The notes below the pieces were generated by a model, which was not told the origin of the DNA, did not search any database, and was given only the letters and a program-made list of their open reading frames with translations. Below are positions 1 through 11,764 of a stretch of DNA of 64,000 nucleotides, piece by piece. Origin of the DNA: Octopus vulgaris (taxonomy: Eukaryota). Position numbers and translations under genes: made by a program. The stretch's first letter is position 1. Every line of letters starts with the position of its first letter. The DNA lies in assembly GCA_951406725.2 (NCBI GenBank), contig OX597831.1, positions 54,498,001 through 54,562,000 on the forward strand, read 5' to 3'.

Positions 1-2229
1 TAAATAAGCACAAGTTGAATAAGTTACGTTTTCAAGGCACTAAGGTAGACACTATTAAATTCATACAATGTTATTGTATAAGCTAAGGCTCCTAGCTTAT
101 TGAGTGTGATGCTTGCTACTACTTTAGTTAACATTTGTTTTCATTTACCTCATTATTAGAGACAATGATTAATTCATAATTTCTCTACTGATGCTAAGAA
201 AAATATTTTGTATGTGAGATAAGCTAATACTTCTTCAATTTTGTTTTCTGTCTTGTTCCATGGTTTTGTAAGATAATGTTTTTTTATTTGTTTTTATTAG
301 AACATCTGTTTTTAAAGAATAGAACTTGTTTCCTGTAAGTCAAACAACAGTAAGCATTGATTCTTTGTTCAGGAGCACAATAAATTAGCTTTAGTAAAAT
401 TTGAACCTATGACCATATAGTCAGAAGTCTTCATAGGCATTGTGCTTTGATCTTTGATGTATTAGATGTTTTCCTTCTCAGTGATATTTTCTGTATCACC
501 TACACGGTGGTTTCTGAGATATTAGATCACTAATTATTAAAAACTCATGAGTTTGTATCTACTGCTGGCTTTTTAAAGTAACTCTGGACAAAATATAGAA
601 TTGTGTGCCTATTTTCATCTAACTCTGAAGAATTAGTACCTGTCTTTTTTATAGGCAAATTACCTGCAATATGCTTACATCTTATCCAGGTATAATTTTA
701 CCTTTCGTCTGCTTAATGTTACAGGGATCAGGTTAAAGCACTAACCTTAAGGATTATGATCTGTCTATGAAGAGGATTAATTTTGAATGAAGCTTAATTG
801 TGTTGCACTACTTCTGATGGACATTTTATTTTGCAAACTTTTCTGTAAATGGGAAATTTAAGATTTAGGGTAGCTATTTCATGAACTACCTTTTTTTTTT
901 TTTTGCTGGGGTGTGCATTTTCATGAACTATTGTGGTACTTTCTCCATATAAATCTTTCCTGTTAGAGATTTTGATAAAATGCAGTTAATCCAGTATAAA
1001 AATATTGACAGGATAACTAATACATCAATTTAATCAAAATATTCTGGTACTATGTAATGATCATTGGTGTATCCTGTGAATGTGATTTTTACCTGTTACC
1101 ATGTCCTTTCACCTTCCACAGTAGGTTGAATACAGTGGATGACATATGTTTTCAACTATTTTTACAAGATATTGATCCATGTGCATGGATTCCATGATAA
1201 ATAAATAACAATAAATTAATCATTAATAAATAATCTCACCAAAATGTAGTTCACTGCTTTAAGTATTAGCCACCATTAAGCTGGCAAATTGAAGAGAGAA
1301 AAATTCAGGGAAACTTCCTTAATAAAACACACATGCATGCACGCACACACACTCAGTGTAAACAGGAAGTCCTTTGTAGCAGGTTCTTTCTAAAATTAGG
1401 TTAAATTTTGTTTCTTGCACAGAAGATTTTTACCACTGAAAAAACAATACTATTTCAGCTACCATTTCCTGCAGTTCAGGATTGGTGATACATGTGGATA
1501 TCTGCAGTACAGGACTTCATGAGTTAAATTACTCATTCATAGGAGTGGTAACAAATACTAATGAATTATTGACTGAAAATCTAGCAAACTGACTCTGTAA
1601 TATCTTTACATTTTCATTTGCCCATTTTTCTTTTTTATGACCCATCTAGGAAGTCGTTATTCCCAGTTCATAATATTGCATCATAGGAACTTTGAAAAAC
1701 CTGCCAACTTCAGCACTTGTAACATTATAAAGTGAATATAAAGTTCTCTCTCCCTTTTTACTATTTGCATCCAGTTGCTTTGATACCGAAGCCTAGTGGT
1801 AAATGTTTGTATCAATAGTATGAAGTTTGATTAGTTGTTCAAATAAGAATCAGTCTCTTGTTTTATTTCATATTCAACTTGTTTTGTGACTGTGCAGGAT
1901 GAATTTGGGTTAGATGCTATGCTAATCAATAGTTATTCAGATAGGTGTAATTAATAGTTTCATATGTAAAATTTAATGTGAGTAACCATATGTTGCTATG
2001 AAAGAAATATTTGTATATTTGGCGCACCTTTATTAATGTTTGAAAGGTTAAATCGGTAAATGCATATTTAATGCCTGGAATATCGAAAACCTGGAGAAGG
2101 ATCAAATGTGCATGAGAAAAATATTAGTCAATAACTGATATCTTTCACTTCTGACAAATATGGGAGACAATTGTGGGAATGTTTTAGCATTGACGGGTAT
2201 CTTCAGAAGAAGCACAGTTTAGCCGTAAT

Positions 2230-3480
2230 CATAAACATCATCATTTTTTTTTACATCCGTTTTTTAACACGCTTACACAAATTTGATGGGTTTTCTCCAG
2301 TACAATCTCTCACCACTATAGTAATCCTTTGTCATATTCAGCTTCTTGATCAGCTTTCACCACTTTTTTCTTGTCTTCCTCAATCTTTTCCCATTTGGAT
2401 CATTTGGCACTTCTTTCCTCTACTTATCTCTTGCACATTACATCTGATTCTTTTTATATCCAGTTTGTTTTTTCTGTTTATTTATATTCTTTCATTCGTG
2501 GACAACACCATATATCTGAAGGGGCTTGCTAGCCTCTTTTTTTAAAAAAAAAAATTTTTGCAGCTTTTTCACACCCTCCACATTCAATGTCCATGGTTTA
2601 CTGCATCATACAATCTGTCTTCCACCCATAGGAAGAATGCTTTGTCACCAGCAGAAGTTATAGATTCTTAAACTTCTTCCACTCTGTTTTTTTTCTCTTT
2701 CTTCTCTACTTTTAGTACAGCTATTTCCAATGGTTATTAAGGTCACCTAGGTAACAGAAGCTGTTAACAATATCTGTGGAGCCTTCCATGCATTTGAAAA
2801 GAGTTATTTTATTGGCATTCTTACTGATAACTAGTCCTGTGCATCTCTGTACAAAGTCTTTCATCCCTGTCAGCCTGCTGTGATCTTACTGCACTTCTTG
2901 TGCACCCATAAATTAGACTGAATACACAAGATAGATTTTTTACTACTTTCAGTATATCAATCATGCCATTTCACAGAGGAGTTTTGTCATCTCTCATACT
3001 GATTAAAAATTTTGTTTTTGCTAGATTTACTTTGAGGTATCTCAATTTTAAGCTTTGCTTCCACATTTGGAATTTCTTTATATCTCTGAGAGATTGAGTG
3101 ATGAAAGATTCCTATGTCCAGTTAGTTTGAGATTCTTCTGTTATATCCTGGAAATGTAGTAAATGAACAGTTGGAGCTTAGAACCAAGCCCTGACAAACA
3201 CTTACCTGTACCTAAAATTTCTTTCTGAATTGATTGCCAATTTTCTTCTTGTTGACAATATCTCTGTATATGGCTTTCATGGCTCTCAATCCATTCATCT
3301 ACAGCTATTTTTTTTAGCAACCACCATACTACAGAGTGGGGTACTTAGAAATCTTCTCCAGGTTGATGAATGATAGGTATAGTGGTTTATTCTTATCTAA
3401 GAGCTTTGCAGTTGTCTCACTTGCACAAAGTCCTTTGGTAGTTCATTGTCTTGCCACAAATCCAAACTTCATTACATCTA
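2230..3480 (-). mobile_element. Decayed RTE-type LINE 3' fragment (RT C-terminal half)
   Basis: Minus strand gives degenerate VNLAKTK..., LWVHKKCS.I...L and SFCYLGDL motifs of RTE-like ORF2. The left end has a CATCATCAT...ACATCCGTTTT type tail. Many stops and frameshifts; boundaries approximate. Confidence 0.6.
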
Positions 3481-4516
3481 ATTCTCTTCCTAATCAGTTG
3501 TTGCTTTCATTATTTGGTCCATTAGTTGGTTGTTTCTAGTTGTTTTAACTTATCAAAAATGTTAGTGAATACAAAATATATGTTGGTACAGTATGAAAAA
3601 ATTATTACTTGCAATTTAAGTAAGTCTAAGACTTGTACTTGATGAAAAATAATGAGTCAAAGTATATTAATACTTCAAACATCAGAACCTTTTGTATGAT
3701 GAATACAATAAAAACAGAGAAAAAAAACCAAGTCAGATTATATTTGATTGGCTAACTCAGTGCACGCTACATCCTGTCTCAGACTTAAAGTTGTCTTATC
3801 ACTGCTTAATCTTCAAACTTCACATTGTTATTTCTTTTCTAAAAAATAAGATATACTCCCTTCTCCAAACAAAATGAGAAAATGCTGTGGAAACACTTAG
3901 TGCTATGTCATTTAATCATAACTTCTGATTGCTTTAATGCAACTGCAGGTTTCAATAGCTGTTCATTACATATTACAGTTCATCAAAAGCAAGTTTGTGG
4001 TGTTTTTGTTAATTTGTCATGTTTGTGCTTATAGAAATTTGTACAAATGAATATCAAAAATATATGAACAGTATTACGTAGTTAGTTGAAATGTGCACAA
4101 TTTTTTATAATAGCAGACTGTTTATACATTTGAGATGAAACTGCTGCTACACACAACCATCTTAAACTACAAATAGCCATATGTATATAATACATTGTTG
4201 ATTGGCATGTTACTGTGGTATTTGTCCAGAGACAACATTCTCATGGACATATTTATAAACACAATATATATCAAAGTGAGATGAAAATTATCTCAGCAGT
4301 GGTCAGTGAGAATGCCTGATACATTATGACCTAGGTCTTATCAATGGCATGTACTCATAGCCAGCCACATGTCTAAACAAGATTTATCTCCTCTGATATA
4401 TAGGAAACAATGAATAAAACAGTCACTGGCATTGCAGATAGTTTCCTGGATATTGAACTACATTTGAAAGAAAGCCATTTTGTTGATGGCCAAAGATGCA
4501 CTAATCAACTCTTAAA

Positions 4517-4737
4517 CCCTTTCGTTACCAACACAGCTGAAACCGCCTCTGACACTGTGGTACAAATGTTTTGCTTTCACAAATTTTGAACCAAAATCTT
4601 TCACCAAACCTTAGTCACAATTAATGTTCCTAACACTAGCTTAATGATAACTAAGTTATTTCACTAAATTCTTTGTTCTATTTAAAATAATTGAGAGAAA
4701 AACAGAGCATCTCAAAAAAAATATAGGAACGAAAGGG
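4517..4737. mobile_element. piggyBac-type MITE
   Basis: Ends CCCTTTCGTT...AACGAAAGGG. Right end followed by TTAA (4738-4741), left end preceded by TTAAA. No ORF. Confidence 0.75.
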
Positions 4738-5039
4738 TTAACACCATCAATCCACAACCATACTGTTCTCTGTCTCTTCTAACACTACTATAGTTATTTA
4801 ATTGTATTGCAGTTCTTCAACCCACCATCCATTGCACTATCTCATCTTCTGAAAAGCAGCACTAAACATTTTGTCCTATTTCTTGTGAAATTTCCACTTC
4901 ACCCCCCCCCCCCCCTATAAATGTTATTCTGTAGAAGATCAAACTGAACATAAGCTATATCAGTCTTACTATTTAGAAAGGTATGAAAATATCACAGGTG
5001 CTGTCCCTTTTCTAATTCATAAAAATAAAAAGTCAATAG

Positions 5040-5375
5040 AGCATGGGCATAGCATTGTGTTTAAGAAGCTCACTTTGCTGGTTTTGGGTTTAGTCCCACT
5101 CTTTGGTAAAAGTGTCTTCTATAGCCTTGGGCTAACCAGTGTCATGTAAGTGAATTTGGTAGACAGAAACTATGTGAAATCTTGTCGTGTGTTTGTCTTT
5201 ACCACTACTTGACAATGGTGTTGGTTTGTTTATGTCCCTGTAACTTCAGCAAAAGAGATCAATAGAATAAATACCAGACTTAAAAAATTAAGTACTGGGG
5301 TTAATTTGTTTGATTAAACTCTTTGAGGTGGTGCCCCAGCATGGCTGTAGTCTAATGACTGAAACAAGTAAAAAG
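5040..5375 (+). mobile_element. tRNA-derived SINE, family A (diverged copy)
   Basis: Aligns by eye to 5597-5982, including the tail GGTGGTGCCCCAGCATGGCTGTAGTCTAATGACTGAAACAAGTAAAA. Confidence 0.75.
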
Positions 5376-5596
5376 AAGGCAAATCACTACTCTGAATTAG
5401 CAAACTTTGTGCTGCTTTTTTTGAAGCTACTAAGTGTATCCACTCATTTTTTCTTTTGTAATCTCTATTATTTCTCTCCCATGTACAATCTTGTGTGTTA
5501 TATCTATCTCATCTTTACTTCCCATAACTGGAAACATGCAGAAGTCTCTCACAGCCTAGGGTTACCCCCCCCCCCCAAAAAAAACACACACACATA

Positions 5597-5982
5597 GGTG
5601 CAAGAGTGGCTGTGTGGTAAGTAGCTTGCTTACCAACCACATGGTGCCGGGTTCAGTCCCACTGCGTGGCACCTTGGGCAAGTGTCTTCTACTATAGCTT
5701 CAGGCCAACCAAAACTTTGTGAGTGGATTTGGTAGACGGAAACTGAAAGAAGCCCTTCGTGTGTGTGTGTGTATGTTTGTGTGTCTGTGTTTGTCACCCA
5801 ACATCACTTGCCAACTAATGCTGTTGCATTTACGTCCCTGTAACCTAGCAGTTCGGCAAAAGAGCCCAATAGAATAAGTACTAGGCTTACAAAGAATAAG
5901 TCCTGGGGTCGATTTCTTCGACTAAAGGTGGTACTCCAGCATGGCCACAGTCAAATGAGTGAAACAAGTAAAAGAGTAAAAA
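5597..5982 (+). mobile_element. tRNA-derived SINE, family A (full length)
   Basis: A-box-like TGGCTGTGTGGT, B-box-like GGTTCAGTCCC, CORE-like CCTTGGGCAAGTGTCTT, internal (TG)n and tail CCAGCATGGCCACAGTCAAATGAGTGAAACAAGTAAAAGAG. More than 10 related copies in the window. Confidence 0.88.
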
Positions 5983-6034
5983 CCCCAGTATCTTCAGATG
6001 TTGAACATGAAATGCCTTCTTCAGACTAGTATAC

Positions 6035-6222
6035 TATCACTTGACCCACTAGACATATTTGTCATATCTCCCCTGAAATTGCACTCGAGCCATTTGAAAA
6101 AAGTCAAAGAATATATCAAATTGGTACAGATATGAATATACAAAAAGATGAGAGGATCATTGCTGGAATGCCTCTCATCATAAATCTGCTCTGTCGGATC
6201 TCACCTCAAGCTAAACAACTGC
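6035..6222 (+). repeat. Old unclassified interspersed repeat (family D)
   Basis: CTTGACC..CTAGA...GCTGGAATGCCT...GCTAAACAAC pattern recurs at about 31290-31450, 36675-36830 and 63426-63632. Confidence 0.45.
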
Positions 6223-7039
6223 AATAATTAAAGTTGTAAAAGCTACTTGCGTTGTGTCTTTAATGACTGTTGACTAAAATTTAACATGTTTTCGCAGCCA
6301 TTTATCACAGGGAGATATATTTAAAGTCTTACTCACTTGGATTGCATGCCAAATTACCTTTTCTGACGGTAGTTGAGCTGTTATTGATTGCTATTTACTT
6401 TCTTTTTATTGACACACATATATATGTGCCACTTGTAAAGAGTTCTCTTTCAATTGAATATTTGTATGGTACAATATTTATATTATATTTTTTCTGTCTG
6501 ATCTCTCTCTCTTTCTCTCTCTCTCATATATCTTACACTCAAGCTGCATGTTTTATGCTTGAAGAAAATTGGAAACAATAGCTGAAATATCGGTCAAAAT
6601 ATCACAGGATATAAACTGTGTTTTGACAAGCAATTCAAATATTTCCCTGATAAAGGTTAGTTTGTTAATCCTGTCGTATAGAGGTGAGTTGGTTCTGTGG
6701 TTGGGGTGTTGGATTCTTGGTCAGTAGATTGATAGAATAGATTTAAGTCTCGCTGGAAATGTTGTTCTTATAATAGAGAATATATGACACTCTACACGAT
6801 TTTTGGTTTGGTACTAGGTTTAGCTCTATGAACACAAGTAAAATAGTTTATTCAGTATCATGTGGGAGTGCTACTTTGAAAACATGTAGTGAATGTCTCA
6901 AACAAATGAAAACCATAATTCCCACAATTGGCTGCAGTTATAAACAGCATCTTTTTCGGTGCCAAAAGCTAACACCAGATGATTGAAGACACCGAAAAAA
7001 AAAAAGTCTCTTAGTGATTCTACAACCCAAAGCCCTAGG

Positions 7040-7421
7040 TATAGTTTAGATGATTGCTTTCCAACCTCTTTGTCCCAGGTTCAGTTCCACTGCATGGCTC
7101 CTTGGGCAAGTGTATTCTACTGTAGCTCCAGGTTGACCTATAACCATGTGAGTTGATTTGGTAGAAATTGAAAGAAGCCTTGTGTGTGTGTGTGTGGTAG
7201 GGATGGGAGTGAAAATTTCCTGGCTTTAAGGGTATCGCAAAAGGCTTGGTTGAAGGCCCAACCTTCTGAGTTCTTTTTTACAGGGCTTAGAAACACTGAA
7301 GGACCACTGCAATAAGTATGTGGATCTGAAACAGGAATGTGTTGAATAAAATCATAATTAACTGATACTCCTTTACCCAAACCCTGAAAATTTTCAGCAC
7401 CCCCTCGTGTGTGTGTGTGTG

Positions 7422-7468
<47 letters not shown>

Positions 7469-7670
7469 GCGTTCATGTGTGTTACCATCTCCTTGTCTTG
7501 ACAGCATATGATGGTTGTAAACTTCTGTCACTGTCATATAAACACACACACACACACTCGCATGCATGCACATGTGTGTGTTACTGTTGCCTTGTCTTGA
7601 CATGATGGTTGTAAACAGTGACGGTCAGCAATTTGTCTGACCCATGCAAACGTGGATGTTAAAACGATGG
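7040..7670 (+). mobile_element. SINE with family A head and RTE-type tail, interrupted by a mini-mariner
   Basis: GGTTCAGTTCCACTGCATGGCTCCTTGGGCAAGTG head; ends GACCCATGCAAACGTGGATGTTAAAACGATG. Confidence 0.65.
7197..7407 (+). mobile_element. mariner internal-deletion derivative (MITE-like)
   Basis: Imperfect TIRs (GGGAGTGAAAATTTCCTGG / AAAATTTTCAGCACCCCCTCG). The interior encodes WLKAQPSEFF..GLETLKDHCNKYVDLKQECVE* across a frameshift, matching the mariner transposase C-terminus. Confidence 0.7.
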
Positions 7671-8374
7671 CAGTGACTCATTGATAACAATAGTTTAATG
7701 AAAATATAATATCCATTATGTTATTTTATTTTAAAATTTGTCTTAGATACATTGTACCATTGTAGTCAATAAATAAATACTATGTACAATAGAATCCAGG
7801 TATAAGCCAATAAAGAATCATCTGTTTTCTTGTAGTGGTGTGGAAGGATTTTTTTCCTTCTAAATTCCAATACCACATTAACTTTCTGAAATAATTATGC
7901 TATTTTTGTTTTAAAGAACAGATGCTGTTTCTCATCTCTTTTGCCAGTAGTGTTTGTAGAAACAGTAAGTCACTTATCCATTGATAGCTTTACCTCACTG
8001 TCATCAGTTGGAAATGTATTTTGTTTGGCAGAGCTTATTTTTATGGCTCTATACCCTTCTAAGCACTGTGTAAGAACTCTCTTTGTTGCATCATGAATAC
8101 TAAAGAGATTACCTTTTAAAATTTAAGAGTCTTCTTCACTTTGTGGGTATAATTTTATTTGGATTAGGTGCTTATCTTTTTCTTGTTCCTAAGAGTTAAT
8201 TTTTTTTATACCTCTTAAGAGGAGAGATAAAAGGATCACAGGCAATGTAGTAGGCATAAAAAGATTGCAATGAAGTGCAATCTCTATCTTTGTGCATATC
8301 AGAGAGTATCTGTAAAGGAGGAAAACTTTAAAACTGTGTGCATTGTTGTAAAGAACAAAATAAAACAATATATA

Positions 8375-9601
8375 CAGGGGTTAGACAAAATAATGGAAAC
8401 ACCGTAAAATTTCAAACAAATTTATTTTAATATGGGGCAGCACCACCTTTGGCAGTAATTACAGCTTGAATTCCATGAGGTATGGACTCGTACAAAATTT
8501 GAATTGTTTCCAAAGGAATTTTTGTCCATTCTTCAGCTAAAGCAGTCTCCAGTTCTTGTAGTGATGATGGTGGAGGATATCTACTTCTTGTTTTTCTAAA
8601 ATGCACCATAAATGTTCAATAATATTGAGCTCTGGGGACTGTGGTGGCTAGATAAGATGTTCAACTTTACTAGAATGTTCCTCGTGCCATTCAGTAACAA
8701 CTTTAGCTGTGTGAATTGGTGTATTACCATCCTGAAAGATTGCGTTTCTCTCTGGAAACAGTTCCACAGCCATAGGATGAATTTGATCAGATAAAATGCT
8801 TAAATAGTCTTGACTATTAATACTGCCATGAAGGAAAACCATTGGGCCAGAGGATTTCCAGGACATAGCCCCCCACCCTGATCATCACAGATCCTCCTCC
8901 ATGTTTAACAGCTGGAAGAAGGCAGTCTGGGTCAAATGCTTCTTTTGGCTGTCTCCACATGTATACTTAGCCAGTGATTGGAAATATTGTAAAGGATGAC
9001 TTGTCCGAGAAAATAACATTCTTCCACTGCTCTAAGGACCAATTCTGTAGGTTTTTACTCCACTCTAAATGCTTTGCAATGTTTGTTCTTGAAAGTAGTG
9101 GTTTTCTGATTGCTGGCTTTGTGCAGCTCCCGGCAAAAATTTTTTATGGAAACTGGCTTCTCAAGATTGTCATTAAGATCTGCAGTAATTTTGGGAGCTG
9201 TACTTTTGTGAACCTTTCTAACAATTTGCATAAGAGTTTTGGTTTTCTCCTGGAGTTTTGTTTCGACAAGGAGGTTTTCCCCTCTTTCTCTAAGATTGTC
9301 ATTACTTTTGAGATGGTACTTATTGATGCACCAAACATTTCAGCTATTTTCATTATGCTAGTACCTGCCATATGAGCACCAACAATTTGGCCCCTTTGAA
9401 AGTCCGATAGATCTGTCATTTTAATGAATTTTAATTATCTTTTTCTGATGATATCCAAAAAGAAACAGCAATTTTAGCAAAACATATTAAGCAATAATAA
9501 TAATAAATAAAAAAATAAACAATTTTTTTGGCGGTTTTATAGATATTTCAAAATTATGTTGCTATGATGCTAGGTGTTTCCATTATTTTGTCCAACCCCT
9601 G
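8375..9601 (-). mobile_element. Tc1-superfamily DNA transposon, DD36E spacing (Incomer-like), non-functional
   Basis: 29-bp TIRs CAGGGGTT(A/G)GACAAAATAATGGAAACACC with 1 mismatch, TA on both sides, length 1227 bp. Confidence 0.93.
8427..9419 (-). pseudogene. Tc1-like transposase pseudogene
   Basis: MTDLSDFQRGQIVGA HTH start, VIFSDKS, FQDGNTPIH, *PPQSPELNIIEHLW and AVITAKGGAAPY end. Frameshifts and an in-frame TAG. Confidence 0.9.
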
Positions 9602-10223
9602 TATATGTCTATATATATATATATCTATATGTGTGTGTGTGTGTGTATATATATGTGTATTTGTGTGTGTATGTATGTGTATATGTATGTGTGTATATGT
9701 ATGTGTATATGTATGTGTATATATATGTGTATATGTATGTGTATATGTATGTGTATATATATGTGTATATGTATGTGTATATATATGTGTATATGTATGT
9801 GTATATATATGTGTATATGTATGTGTATATATATGTGTATATGTATGTGTATATGTATGTGTATATATATGTGTATATGTATGTGTATATATATGTGTAT
9901 ATGTATGTGTATATATATGTGTATATGTATATATATATGTGTATATGTATGTATATATATATGTGTATATGTATGTATATATATATGTGTATATGTATAT
10001 ATATATATATGTGTATATGTATATATATATATGTGTATATGTATGTGTATATATATATATATGTGTATATGTATATATATATATATATATGTGTATATGT
10101 ATGTGTATATATATATATATGTGTATATGTATGTGTATATATATATATATGTGTATATGTATGTGTATATATATATATATGTGTATATGTGTGTGTATAT
10201 ATATATATGTGTATATGTATGTG

Positions 10224-10254
<31 letters not shown>

Positions 10255-10864
10255 ATATATATATATATGTGTATATGTATGTGTATATATATATATGTGT
10301 ATATGTATGTGTATATATATATATGTGTATATGTATGTGTATATATATATATATATATGTGTATATGTATGTGTATATATATATGTGTGTATATGTATGT
10401 GTGTATATATATATATGTGTATATGTATGTGTGTATATATATATGTGTATATGTATGTGTGTATATATATATATGTGTATATGTATGTGTGTATATATAT
10501 ATATGTGTATATGTATGTGTGTATATATATATATGTGTATATGTATGTGTGTATATATATATATGTGTATATGTATGTGTGTATATATATATATGTGTAT
10601 ATGTATGTGTGTATATATATATATATGTGTATATGTATGTGTATATATATATGTGTATATGCATGTGTATATATATATGTGTATATGCATGTGTATATAT
10701 ATATGTGTATATGTATGTGTATATATAATGTGTATATGTATCTATATATGCGTATATGTATTTATATGTGTATATGTATATATATATGTGTATACGTATG
10801 TATATATATGCATATAAGCATGTATATATATATGCGCATAAGTATGTATATATGCATATATGTA
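9602..10864. repeat. Compound (TA)n/(TG)n/(TATG)n microsatellite
   Basis: Directly visible; source of the spurious YIYI/CVCV ORFs. Confidence 0.97.
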
Positions 10865-11652
10865 TCTTCTCTATATATAAACGGCAGTTTGTCTGTCTAT
10901 GTGTCTGTCAGGTTGTACCCTCACCCTGACCACGGCTTTCAACCGATTCTGATGAAACTTGACACACACATAGCCCAATGTCATCATTCAAAACTAACAC
11001 AGCGAAAATTTTGATAAGTCCCCCCAGTTTTGAAAAAAATCGATAAATTCGACATTGGTCGAGAATCTAAGCCTTTTATATGCAACACATTTTCTACAGA
11101 CTGTCTAGGGGACGCAACTCAACCTTTTTAACTCTCGGAACACGTGGGGTAAGTATCCCAAAATGTATAAAAATGTACAAAAATGGCAAAAAAGCGGGCA
11201 GCAATGTGAGTGACAACAACGAAAAAGTCAAAAATGACCAAACTGAACAAACGAATGGAAAAGGTTTTTTTGGTGCACAAACAAAAGTGGTTTATAATAA
11301 ACCAAGAATTTGCAAGTAGCGTCCGAGGACCCTTAGAGTACGTCAAAAATTTAAGGTAAAACGTTTGGGGTGGTAGTTATAAAGAAAGTGTAAACAAAAA
11401 AGTATTCGAATAACTTGCGGCTGTAGCAGCTATTAGCAGAAGTGGTGGTGTTGGGGGTAAAGTCTCGAATGTAATTTCTTCCTGGTAGGAATTGGTTGGG
11501 TTGAATTATCGATAGCTGTTTGATAGTTATTTGGGAGTGAAGAGAAGACATTGCAACCTACACATGCGCCTTCGTTCCCTAGAGGGAAAGGACTTGATTG
11601 GGATTAGTCGTTGCCTACTAGGGGCTCTTACATACCCGGGCTATGCTGCTAG
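10865..11652 (+). mobile_element. Non-autonomous Helitron
   Basis: Inserted between A (10864) and T (11653). Starts TCTTCTCTATATATAAA followed by GTCT-like repeats; ends CCCGGGCTATGCTGCTAG with a GC-rich subterminal remnant and CTAG. No TSD or TIR. Confidence 0.8.
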
Positions 11653-11764
11653 TGTATATATATATGCGTATATTTTTGATTTTGATTTTTGATTTTTCCA
11701 GTTTCAGCTAATGAGCTGTGGCCATGCTGGGGCACCGCCATTTGGTTTGCTACACGGTTTTACC

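Noticed and set aside
7948-7964. Possible 14-17 nt microexon (TTTTGCCAGTAG...ACA|GTAAGT)
   Set aside because: Splice-like signals only; no homology support, and such matches are expected by chance in 64 kb.
9554-11014. Long ORFs of 351-469 aa rich in Y/I/C/V/M/H/T
   Set aside because: Translation of dinucleotide microsatellite, open in most frames.
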